64,000 nucleotides of DNA from an uncultured Nitrososphaeraceae archaeon (GTDB taxonomy: Archaea; Thermoproteota; Nitrososphaeria; Nitrososphaerales; Nitrososphaeraceae): assembly GCA_963765895.1 (NCBI GenBank), contig CAVXZB010000019.1, positions 96,001 to 160,000 of the forward strand, in the 5' to 3' direction. This document shows positions 44,619 through 54,186 of the stretch, piece after piece. Below the pieces are notes generated by a model, which made no database searches, was not told where the DNA came from, and saw nothing but the letters and a program-made list of their open reading frames with translations. A program made the translations under genes and the position numbers. Position 1 is the stretch's first letter; every line of letters starts with the position of its first letter.

Positions 44619-45557
44619 TTAAACTTTCAGAACCATTGCTCCTGCGGTATTAACTTTGCATTCAATTAACGTACCACTAAGATCTCTTAAGCATCGCTTC
44701 GCTTCCCTTGCATCCTCACTTGGCACTAAGGTAAATATAGTCCTCCCGAATAAAGCCATCCCACAACCAAAGCCTGCTGATCTCAACCGCGTCATACCTA
44801 ATCTACATCTATTGTCAATAAACTGAAGGGAATTGGAAAAATCATAGGAAATACGCAAAAAGTTTTCTACAGTTGGCGTTTCTATGAACCTTTGCATTGC
44901 GGTTCTACCAAGTCTAGCCAACAATGGTCTATTCTCATCTGATGATAGAATCAATTTCGTAGAGATAGGAGCAACGCACAAGATAACAGCTGTGTAATTT
45001 GCTATCGGCATTTTCGTAACCGATCCTATTCCAGGAGCTCCGCACGCAGTCCTAATGTCAAAGCCTCCAGCAAATTCAGACATAACCGTACCTAGTCCTG
45101 TTTTGCAAACGATTTCGGCCTTGTGAGCAATTTGAGCAGCTGATTCTTTAGTCAAACCCAATTTTAATGCGTCATTCAGAGCATAAGAAAGACTCAGCGC
45201 ACCTGCTCCGCTCGCGCCCAGGCCAAATCCAATGGGAATTTCACTGTTGTGAGTTACGCTAATGTGCAGAGGTTTATCGACTAGCTTCAGAAAGTAGCGT
45301 ATGATCCATTTTGATACTTCATGTCTACCTGATGTGCGATTAGAAACAACAATATCGTAAGAAGCAGAATCCCCTTCAAAGATCCTTACCGTAGTGGTGA
45401 TTCCACTATCAATGCTGAATCCGACACCTGTTGATCCTTTATGAAGATCGTCATCTGGATTTTTCATGGCCAATTGGGGTTCAAAAAACCCAGTCACATG
45501 ACCAGGACTATAGGCCTTGGAGATTGAAATAGGTCTCGCAAGCTCAGATAGAGCCAT
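44619..45557 (-). CDS. pantoate kinase (GHMP family, PoK)
   Basis: PGHVTGFF, GS.G.G, PIGFGLGASGA, AH.AE....TGLGTV, GAPG.G; clustered with PPS, panB, coaBC. Confidence 0.92.
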   Translation of the reverse strand: MALSELARPISISKAYSPGHVTGFFEPQLAMKNPDDDLHKGSTGVGFSIDSGITTTVRIFEGDSASYDIVVSNRTSGRHEVSKWIIRYFLKLVDKPLHISVTHNSEIPIGFGLGASGAGALSLSYALNDALKLGLTKESAAQIAHKAEIVCKTGLGTVMSEFAGGFDIRTACGAPGIGSVTKMPIANYTAVILCVAPISTKLILSSDENRPLLARLGRTAMQRFIETPTVENFLRISYDFSNSLQFIDNRCRLGMTRLRSAGFGCGMALFGRTIFTLVPSEDAREAKRCLRDLSGTLIECKVNTAGAMVLKV

Positions 45558-45622
45558 AATTATATAATGAAACATGAAAATATAAAAATACTGTTTAATT
45601 AGTATTAATTGATATATATAAA

Positions 45623-46636
45623 ATGAGTAGATACGCGCGAAGGATTCAGAAAGTTGGAAGCAGTATATTAATTTCACTTCCAAATGAGTGGATAAAGTTT
45701 AATAATTTGAAGAAAGGCACGACCCTATTAGTTGAAGTAAATAAAGATAATTCGATCTCAGTGTTTCCATCTGCTGATACGAGTGAAGTGGTCAAATCGG
45801 TTGTTATTCCTTACTCTTACGAGAATATGGATAATTTGATTAATCAGATCTATGGTGCTTATCTGCTTGGCTACGATATTATAAAGATTAAGGCAAGGAC
45901 CCAGATTAGATTCGAACATAGTGAAACTATAAAATTCGCGATGAGAAAGCTGGTCGGCTTAGAGATAGTTGACGAAGATACCTCAAATATAGAGTCTCAA
46001 TTCCTTATTGATACCAATTCACTTGATGCAGCGAAAATTCTAAAACGGATGAATACGATTGTTGCAGGAATGTACAGGGACATACTTGACGTCTTCATGA
46101 GTAAGAGTCCTGGAATAGCTAAACTTATTACAAGTAGAGATGATGAAGTAGATCGACAATATTTTCTGTTAGTGAGGCTGATACGAAGCGCAATGATGGA
46201 TCAAAAATTGGCTAGAAAGCTTAATTTGAGCAACATCGACATACTTGATTATAGGATAGCAGCAAATCATCTTGAAAGTGCCGGAGATTATATGGTAGAA
46301 TTTGCTTCATCCTTGCCGTATTTGTACAAAATGAACCTTCTTGAGCCGCTTAACAGTGTTTGTTCGTTCATGGAAGAGATGCAAATTAGATCTGTTACAG
46401 CTTTTGTAAACAAAAATAGTCTCGAATCAATCCAAGTTGTCAGAATGTACGACGAGTTTAACAGGTTAATGGATGTCGTCAAACAAAGGGTTTCCCGAGA
46501 AGATCAGGGAAGTTCGAAGTCAAACATAGCCTTGTTGAATTCCATTTATTCGTTAAACAATCTCGCGAGACTATGGGTCGATGTTGCCGATTTGGTAAAA
46601 CCCGCTTACTTAGTTGCTCCCTTAGGAAGTGGTTAA
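45623..46636 (+). CDS. AbrB-PhoU phosphate uptake regulator family protein
   Basis: RRIQKVGSS.LISLP.EW AbrB domain; AYL.GYD.I, GLEI, RDDEVDR.YFL, LE..GD. Confidence 0.88.
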   Translation: MSRYARRIQKVGSSILISLPNEWIKFNNLKKGTTLLVEVNKDNSISVFPSADTSEVVKSVVIPYSYENMDNLINQIYGAYLLGYDIIKIKARTQIRFEHSETIKFAMRKLVGLEIVDEDTSNIESQFLIDTNSLDAAKILKRMNTIVAGMYRDILDVFMSKSPGIAKLITSRDDEVDRQYFLLVRLIRSAMMDQKLARKLNLSNIDILDYRIAANHLESAGDYMVEFASSLPYLYKMNLLEPLNSVCSFMEEMQIRSVTAFVNKNSLESIQVVRMYDEFNRLMDVVKQRVSREDQGSSKSNIALLNSIYSLNNLARLWVDVADLVKPAYLVAPLGSG

Positions 46637-47117
46637 TCAAGCCTAAGTTAAAATACGTAGATTAATTCTGGCAATATAGGACTCCAATACACTTCTTTTT
46701 GGATGTTAGACCATTGACAGATTTGAGATAGGTAAGCAAAAGTAAAAGACAATGTCCAACCTTAATTCTGGTCTGACACTAAACAACACTAAAATATCTG
46801 AAAAAAGGCCTCCGAGGCATTCGATCTTAAACCTGTCCATTTGCTTAGCCAAACACAGATACACTAGTTTGAAGCGGCTCAGAGGTGTGAATCATTTTTA
46901 ACATAAATTTGGGCTCAAACTTACTCTACTCCAATTGAGCCTTTGAGCCCCTGTACCTTCATTTGCAATATCCATTTATTGCCATATATTAGATTCCTAG
47001 AGGTAAGAGAGCTCAAAACCATATAAGATATTTTCTACATAAAAAAATGTTTCAGTTTATAGAATCATGTCGCAGCTAGATCCCCGAAATCAGTTCATAC
47101 TTCATTCAATGGATGAT

Positions 47118-48164
47118 TCATTTGTTTGGGGTAGTAGTCGATAGAAATGTATTTACTATCTTACCAATCTCAGCCGGATATTGATTCATTACTGCGTGAC
47201 CAGCATTTTTAATCTGTACAAGCCAGGCTCCTGGAATTTTACTTGCAAGAATTAAAGCATTTCCATGCGGCATGTAGTTATTATCATCTGTTCCAGTTAT
47301 GACCAACGTGGGTTTTGCCAATTTAGCTTCCTTATCACAAGCACCACTCCAGTTTGTTTTCTCCCAACTACCTAGGTTATTCTGCTTATTCGCTATTTCA
47401 GGGGACAAACCAGGCTTCAATTGTTGTAATGATGTAGTGTTTGCTGGAATGACAGCAGATTCAGGATGCAGTTTAATCCATCCTGATCCTAACGAGGCAA
47501 CATTAAGCGCTTTCAATTCCTGAGTAGCGGGAATATTATGTAGAGATTTGTTTACAATATCAGCTTGCAATTTAAGAAATTCAGGTGGTTTAGGTATACC
47601 ATCTTTTCCGCCACATGTTGTAGCAACAAGTATTAGTCTGTTAACCTTTTCTGGATAGCTAATTGTAAATGCCTGAGCTATATGTCCTCCCAAAGAATAT
47701 CCCATAACATCTGCTTTTGGTATTTTCAGAGCATCAAGCAAACCAGCTGTATCGTTTGCTAGTTGCGGATAGGTATATGGTTTGGAACCAACTGTTGAAT
47801 TTGCAATTCCACGTTGATCAAACACAATCACTGTGTGATTTGAAGAAATACCCGTTAGAAAGGACGGATCCCAGGCATTCATATTATCAGAAGCGCCATT
47901 GAAAAGTATTAGAGGGTCGCCTTTGCCAAACATTTTGTACGCAACATCAATATCCCCTACATGAACTTTTTTTAATGGGATATTTTGTGTATTTACCGAA
48001 TTCTTAGAATTGGAATTCGTTTGGTCTGGACCTGATTGGCCGTAAACTACTTTAGTAATGTCAAAATAACGATAGTTACTGCTTGATAGGCTTGTAATAA
48101 CAAGAGTAGATATTACTGCAATAAGGACTAGATTATCTTTTCTAATAGGTCTGTGAGTCGGCAC
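47118..48164 (-). CDS. secreted alpha/beta hydrolase
   Basis: N-terminal hydrophobic leader; FD.RG, GYSLGG nucleophile elbow, G.DD, AGH. Confidence 0.85.
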   Translation of the reverse strand: MPTHRPIRKDNLVLIAVISTLVITSLSSSNYRYFDITKVVYGQSGPDQTNSNSKNSVNTQNIPLKKVHVGDIDVAYKMFGKGDPLILFNGASDNMNAWDPSFLTGISSNHTVIVFDQRGIANSTVGSKPYTYPQLANDTAGLLDALKIPKADVMGYSLGGHIAQAFTISYPEKVNRLILVATTCGGKDGIPKPPEFLKLQADIVNKSLHNIPATQELKALNVASLGSGWIKLHPESAVIPANTTSLQQLKPGLSPEIANKQNNLGSWEKTNWSGACDKEAKLAKPTLVITGTDDNNYMPHGNALILASKIPGAWLVQIKNAGHAVMNQYPAEIGKIVNTFLSTTTPNK

Positions 48165-48871
48165 GAACCCTATTTACGCTGAGACGTATTTAAAGTAAAT
48201 CTGACTTACAAAAAGAGTTGTCCACTCGTAAATTATCATAAATTGAGGAGATGTGGGTTATTAAAGTACAACTCTTGATAAATATAAGACATTACGATAC
48301 TTCCTGTTGTAATTCGGATTGACTAGAGTCACGGTCTTGAATGACTGGATCTTCGTACTATAGTTAATGATATTGTTGGCTGACTTTCTTGAGGATACTA
48401 AATCTTTTGAACCCATTTTAAAGTGGCGGAAGGTGTATGAATCAAATTTGACATATTCTCTTAATTGGGATCTAACTACCAAATAGTACCATATGCGTAT
48501 CCTTCTCCAGCACCACTGCGTTGTAATACAGATTATTAGCCGCGCGCCTCATGATATAAGGCATAAATAAATTTTATCACTATCCTGGAACCTTAGTCTG
48601 TACCTGGGACGAAGTGTTTTCGATAAAGTTTAAAACCCGGCACCCTACGTATTAGGTTATAACGCTATTTCCAAGATAATTATGCCGGATGTGTTAAAAA
48701 GTCCGATGCGTTAAACGTATTGGTATTAAATGGAGCTGAATACTGCCGACGTGTCTCCGGAGCCTTGAAGCATACATAAATTGTGATAAAGGGTTAACCT
48801 CTTGCTCTAAAGCTATTTCAGATTTAAATTATGTGATATCAAAGGGCCCAAATAAATGGACAAGTTTGAAG

Positions 48872-48964
48872 CGGGCCCGGAGGGATTTGAACCCTCGACC
48901 TGACGCTTAGGAGGCGTCCACGCTATCCATTTTTCGCCCAAGTTTTGGTCTGCGCTACAAGCCC
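48872..48964 (-). tRNA. tRNA-Arg(CCT) with ~18-nt D-loop intron (48932-48949)
   Basis: GGGCTTG/CGGGCCC acceptor, GACGC CT CCT AA GCGTC anticodon arm, GAGGG TTCAAAT CCCTC T-arm; D-loop oversized by ~18 nt containing a CCAA/TTGG hairpin. Confidence 0.9.
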
Positions 48965-49235
48965 ACTAGATTTTGCGTCCAAGCGCCAATTTAAATATTT
49001 AATCTAGAATCGATGTGACCTAGGACGAAGATAGGATATAGACAGAGGAGATTATATTGTCTATTGTTCTCATCGGTAGTATTAGCAATCTGATGACCCC
49101 GTTTATCCCCCCTGAGAAATTGGATTATAGCAAATTTTCCTAGAATATAGAGAATCCTGCGTATTCCTCATACACATTTACGTATCTAGTCAGGTGTAGC
49201 AATAATATATATATACAATGTTATGGGAATCTTTC

Positions 49236-50403
49236 ATGGCTAAAAAAATTAGGGTTGCAATAGCCGGAATAGGAAATTGTGCCTCAGCCCTAGGTACAGG
49301 GTATTAATTATTATCATACAAATAGAAGCGATACTCGTCTAAAATCTGATGATACGGTCAAGTATAACAGTAACCGTGATGACGCTGAATCCAATATAGA
49401 TAAAAAAAATATTGACAATAACGGCACAAATGGATTAGGACTGACTGCTTATAATTTAGGGGGCTATGACCCAGATGATGTTGAATTCGTAGCTGCATTT
49501 GACGTTATTGAATCGAAAGTCGGTAAGGATTTATCCCAAGCAATATTTGCCGAGCCAAATAATACTGTTTTCACTTCTGATGTTGATAAGATGGATGTAA
49601 AGGTACAAAAAGCTGAAGTATTGGATGGCATAGGTGACCATTACCGTGGGAAAGTGCAGATATCAAACCAAGCATCTGCTGATGTAGCGCAAACGTTGAA
49701 AGATACACATGCAGAAATATTGTTAAATTATCTGCCAGTAGGAAGTAGGGACGCAACTAAATTCTATGCTGAAAAGTGTCTTGAGACTGGGGTGTGTTTC
49801 ATTAATGCTATTCCTGTGTTTGTTGCATCTTCGCCAAAGTGGCAGCAGGCGTTTGATAATAAAGGTATTCCATGTGCAGGAGACGACGTAATGAGTCAAA
49901 TTGGAGCGACTGTTGTCCACAAGACACTAGCAAAATTATTTGTGGATAGGGGAGTCAACATAGATGAGACATATCAATTAAACATTGGTGGTGATATGGA
50001 TTTTTATAACATGCTTGATGAAGATAGATTAGAAGACAAAAGGATTAGCAAAACTAGCGCTGTAGCGGCGATGGCACCTTACGATGTTCCAATGAGAATC
50101 GGACCGTCTGATTATGTGAGTTTCTTAAAAAATGATAAAATATCGTACATTTATCTTCGGGGAAAATATTTCGGTAATATCCCAGTTGAAGTCGATCTTA
50201 AGCTAAGAGTTGTTGATGCTTATAATAGTGCTGGTATTATGATTGACGCAATCAGGGGCGCGAAGGTGGCTCTCGACAGGGGAATTTCAGGGTCATTAGA
50301 AAGTGTCTCCGCGTATTGTTTCAAGCACCCACCCAAGCAAATGTCATATAACCAAGCCAAGAAGAATTTCATAGATTTTATAGAAGGCAGTATAGAAATT
50401 TGA
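49236..50403 (+). CDS. ino1: myo-inositol-1-phosphate synthase (+1 frameshift at ~49293)
   Basis: MAKKIRVAIAGIGNCASAL-VQG read by hand from 49236; VAAFDV, NYLPVGS, GDD..SQ.GAT, QLN.GG..DF.NM, SKT, GPSDY, NSAG, FK.PP. Confidence 0.93.
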
Positions 50404-50711
50404 AGTAATGAGAAATTCATATATGGTATAACAATCCTTACCAGCTTTACCAAAGAAGGTTTCTATTGAGGCTGTCAAGCAACCCGAAGATAGGTTGAGG
50501 GCGAAATAATAGATCCCTTTCTCAAGATGCTATAGTTCTGAAATCTAACAAGTTGAATTATTAGTAGCGCAAGTATTAAACAAACGCCTTATTGATCAAG
50601 TCGCTACAATCATTATACTCCCAAGTTCTAGTACTAGGATCTTACCTTAGGCTTGAGTAATATCTGCTAGAATCGTGCCCATAGTAAATAGACAACTGAC
50701 TTATTTCAACT

Positions 50712-51490
50712 CTATAAAGACTTTAGTGCAAATATTGCCTTAACCTGGACTATCTCAAAGCCCAAATTTCTGTAAATATTAATAGTATTTTCGTTTGCTA
50801 ACGAATGAACGATAAGATATTCGGAATCCATCAGTCTCTCAGAAGCGACAGCGAATCTAATCATTCTAGTTGCAATACCCTTTCGCCTGAATGGTTTTAA
50901 AGTACCTAAGCAATATAGACCAGTTATATTATGAAATTTATATAATAACATGCATCCTACAGGATTATTTGGTTTTTCTGGAATATGCGCTATAATTAGT
51001 GCAAGATTACTTTTGTTGCGTTTAATAATTTTGTCTACTTCGTCTTTCCAGGTTGGAACAGAAAACGTATCGCAAAAAACCCTGACCCATAGTTCTGTTT
51101 CATGTTGCACTTGGAAGTTGATACGAAGAGATGGCCTTCCATGATCGCTGGTAATATCAGGATTGTTAACTATCTTTAGTACATGTACATACTATCAATT
51201 GATCGGAATCCTCTTTCCAAAAGCAACGAAATTAAAGGATAGTTATCTGAGGTATATGGAATATGAACATAAAGATCATGTTTATTTTTTGAACATATCT
51301 CTAAAGCCTCACCAAGTGCATCTTCGATTTCGCAAAATTGGAGGTTGTTTAACCTATTAAAAAAATAGTCTCCTCTTAGTTTGTCATTAAAAAATAGATT
51401 GGCACAGTCGTCAATTCTTTGAAAAGTTGTCCACAATGAACAAAACTTGTTCTCGTTGTCTTCTATACAATTGTCAGTAATAAAGGCCAA
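50712..51490 (-). CDS. GNAT-family N-acetyltransferase, ~259 aa (net +2/-1 frameshift at ~51183)
   Basis: LGT..PFRRKGIAT acetyl-CoA motif A and Y..LGF; joins in frame to ORF 51176-51490 after indel correction. Confidence 0.82.
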
Positions 51491-52619
51491 ATATATCTGT
51501 CATCTTAGAAAGGATAGTTCTGTCGATACCATTAGTTATTCCCTCTAATAAGATATTGAGTGCCCCTTGAGTGTCAAAGTCATTATCTAAGCATGTTTGG
51601 AATTTCTCAAAAATTTTGTTACTGTAACTAATACAACCAGAGTCATTTTCTGAAATGATGGACTCTGCAATAAGCTTGTTAATGGAAACATATTTTTTAA
51701 GATGGGTTCTGGAAAAGGCTAGATCTTCACGATAGTGCTTAGACAAGAGGTAGAGCTTAATAACGTTAGGTAAGAATTCTCTTGCCAGATCTCTTATCTT
51801 TAGCGTGTTTGATAGTGAATTAGACATCTTATTCCCTCTTATAGTAACCGTGCCTACATGACTCCACCACTTTACAGGTCTAGCGAGATTAGTAAGTGCC
51901 CTTAATTGTCCAAGAATAGTTTCGTGATGAGGATAAATCAGTTCTATGCCGCCCCCGTGAATATCATAACGACCTTCAAAAATTGAAATTGCTATCGATG
52001 CATCTTGGATATGCCACCACGGTATACCATTTCCGAAAGCAGGGTCGTAAAATTGCTGACATGAAAGATTAATTGAGTTCCACAGAAGGATGTCCCCTGG
52101 GTTACGTTTGTTTGCCGCTATATCAATCCTGAGTTCTTTGATTTTGTCATACGACATGCCAGACATTTCTCCGTATCGGAGAACTTTTCGAACATCTATA
52201 TAGATATTGCCGGATGCTGAGTACGCTAGCTTCTCGCTAGATAACTTCTTGATGAGGACAATAGCGACATTAACATAATCTGATACCCTGGCTAGAAGGA
52301 AAGATCCGCCAATCTGCAACAGAGACATGTCGTGCAGCAATTCAATCATGAATTTATCCGAGACAGCCTGGGTTGAATTGCCAATCCCTATCGCCTTTGC
52401 AGAGATTTTTGGATCTATGTCTGTGATGGTAACAACAGTCATAGTGTGAAAGCCCTTGTAAATAAAATATCTGGTCATTAGGTCATAAAAATATAACACT
52501 CGGGCATGTCCCAGATGACACAATTCATATAAAGTTGGGCCACAAACGAGGATTTTAATCTGTTCTGGATAGGGTCCCAACCTGATCCTTTTCATCCTCA
52601 ATGTATCAAACAATTTCAT
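51474..52619 (-). CDS. cysteinyl-tRNA synthetase paralog lacking the anticodon-binding domain (MshC-like architecture)
   Basis: CGPT.Y...HLGH, TDID.KI, WHIQD, DIHGGG.EL.YPHHE, KMSNS, HYR, D.DF.T; ends at ~381 aa. Confidence 0.85.
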   Translation of the reverse strand: MKLFDTLRMKRIRLGPYPEQIKILVCGPTLYELCHLGHARVLYFYDLMTRYFIYKGFHTMTVVTITDIDPKISAKAIGIGNSTQAVSDKFMIELLHDMSLLQIGGSFLLARVSDYVNVAIVLIKKLSSEKLAYSASGNIYIDVRKVLRYGEMSGMSYDKIKELRIDIAANKRNPGDILLWNSINLSCQQFYDPAFGNGIPWWHIQDASIAISIFEGRYDIHGGGIELIYPHHETILGQLRALTNLARPVKWWSHVGTVTIRGNKMSNSLSNTLKIRDLAREFLPNVIKLYLLSKHYREDLAFSRTHLKKYVSINKLIAESIISENDSGCISYSNKIFEKFQTCLDNDFDTQGALNILLEGITNGIDRTILSKMTDIFGLYY

Positions 52620-52830
52620 AATTAGATTCTGGACTGTACCACATAATGATAATAATAACTGCATAGAACAATCAATAGTAAATGACCAAGAAAGGTTTTA
52701 TTTATCTGCAATATTTGTATTTCTATCTTCAATTGAAAATCCATTTCAGAGATCGGTTGCTTGGAAAGCTACGTCAAGGTACGCTAGCCATGGGCATAAA
52801 ATCTATATTGATTATTCATTTTTACCCACA

Positions 52831-53100
52831 GTGGATGGTGGCCGCCGTATGAGGCTAGAGAAAAAAATAAACCCCAAAGATATGATCTTCCATTTGAATA
52901 CATTGGATCTCGATGATGGAATAAGGATAGATGGCGTTAAGAAGAAAATCTTTGTAAATAAGACCGATGTGCATGAATTCATACTGCAAATTAAAGAAGA
53001 CAATGGAAGCGAGCAAATATCCTATCATAGAACTGCCTCTGGCGTGATGCGATTGGTTAATGCCACCCTTAAAGGAAAGTTTTCAGTTTCTACTTACTGA
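52831..53100 (+). CDS. small conserved hypothetical protein
   Basis: 83-89 aa protein-like ORF (likely start 52849). Confidence 0.6.
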   Translation: MDGGRRMRLEKKINPKDMIFHLNTLDLDDGIRIDGVKKKIFVNKTDVHEFILQIKEDNGSEQISYHRTASGVMRLVNATLKGKFSVSTY

Positions 53101-53880
53101 TGGTTTTTGGCAAGAATAGGAATCTCATCGACATGATCTGGTGTACTGGGTTGCCTAAACATTAAGATCGAAATTCAGGATTAACATTTTTGGATATCTT
53201 ATAGATTAATGAAGGAACGATGGGTCTATAGCAAGTTTGCCGATGACATCGAGAGGAACCTAATATCGTATGAAACTATTAATGAATTTTAGTGCTAATG
53301 TAATCTAAAACCAGCCCATCCAATCGTAGTTCATTCCGGCACTACACTACTCTTGGTCTTTATTGTTATTTTGAGATAAGTCGGGACTGGCAAAATAGGT
53401 TAGAGATAGCTAAGTCTAAAGTTGAAATATCGATTATAATACTCATGAGGGGCTATCTCATTATAAAATTTGGAGACGCATGATTCGAAGTGTCCTACAT
53501 TGATAAAATTTGCCCTGGTGCATAAAACCATGGAACGTTAATTCTTATTAACACACGCTCCTTCCACAAATCATGAACATATATTTCTCATAGGTCATAC
53601 ATATTCTCGTCTGCAGGATGTATAAGGTGGCAAAAAAATGTCCTTTAAGAATAAAAATACGGGGCAGCCGTGCCAATAAGTGTAAAATCGCACCTGAAGC
53701 GTCATGACTTGGTTAGATTGATTGTCTGGTGATCGTATCCGAATAGAGATCATTTAAATTACGCTGGCATACATCCAATCGTCGACGATTAGCATTCGCA
53801 ATGCTCAATAAACAGAATTAGCCTCATGAATAAGCAAGTTAGAAATACTCGTAAAGCACCTAAATACTGAATGTTACCGA

Positions 53881-54186
53881 TTATCTAGCCCTTGTAATAG
53901 AAACTTCAATTGTAGAAACATTTCTTGTTCGGCCGTCATCAGACTGTATGATTTCGGTTCCCACCTTCACCGGACCTACCTTGTATCCAAGCGTATCCAT
54001 ACGCTTAACAATTATTTGAGCGACGTCAACTGCCCTAGTTATGCTCTTACCTCTTGCCTTTATAACTACCATTGGTTCATTTGCTAACTGTACTAATGTA
54101 GCAGTCACGTATGTCATAAGTGGTTTCTTTCCTATGAAAATCTCATTGCTTGCTTTGCCTGAAATGCGCGCATTTGTAGAGGACAT
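53881..54186 (-). CDS. albA: Alba chromatin/RNA-binding protein
   Basis: IFIGKKP.M.YV, KARG..I..AVDVA, NVSTIE. Confidence 0.96.
   Translation of the reverse strand: MSSTNARISGKASNEIFIGKKPLMTYVTATLVQLANEPMVVIKARGKSITRAVDVAQIIVKRMDTLGYKVGPVKVGTEIIQSDDGRTRNVSTIEVSITRAR

Noticed and set aside
48261-48482. 73-aa ORF near tRNA-Arg as an integrase or transposase remnant
   Set aside because: No recognisable recombinase or transposase residues
49099-49111. GTTTATCCCC resembles a type I-E CRISPR repeat start
   Set aside because: Single 10-mer; no repeat-spacer periodicity and no cas genes
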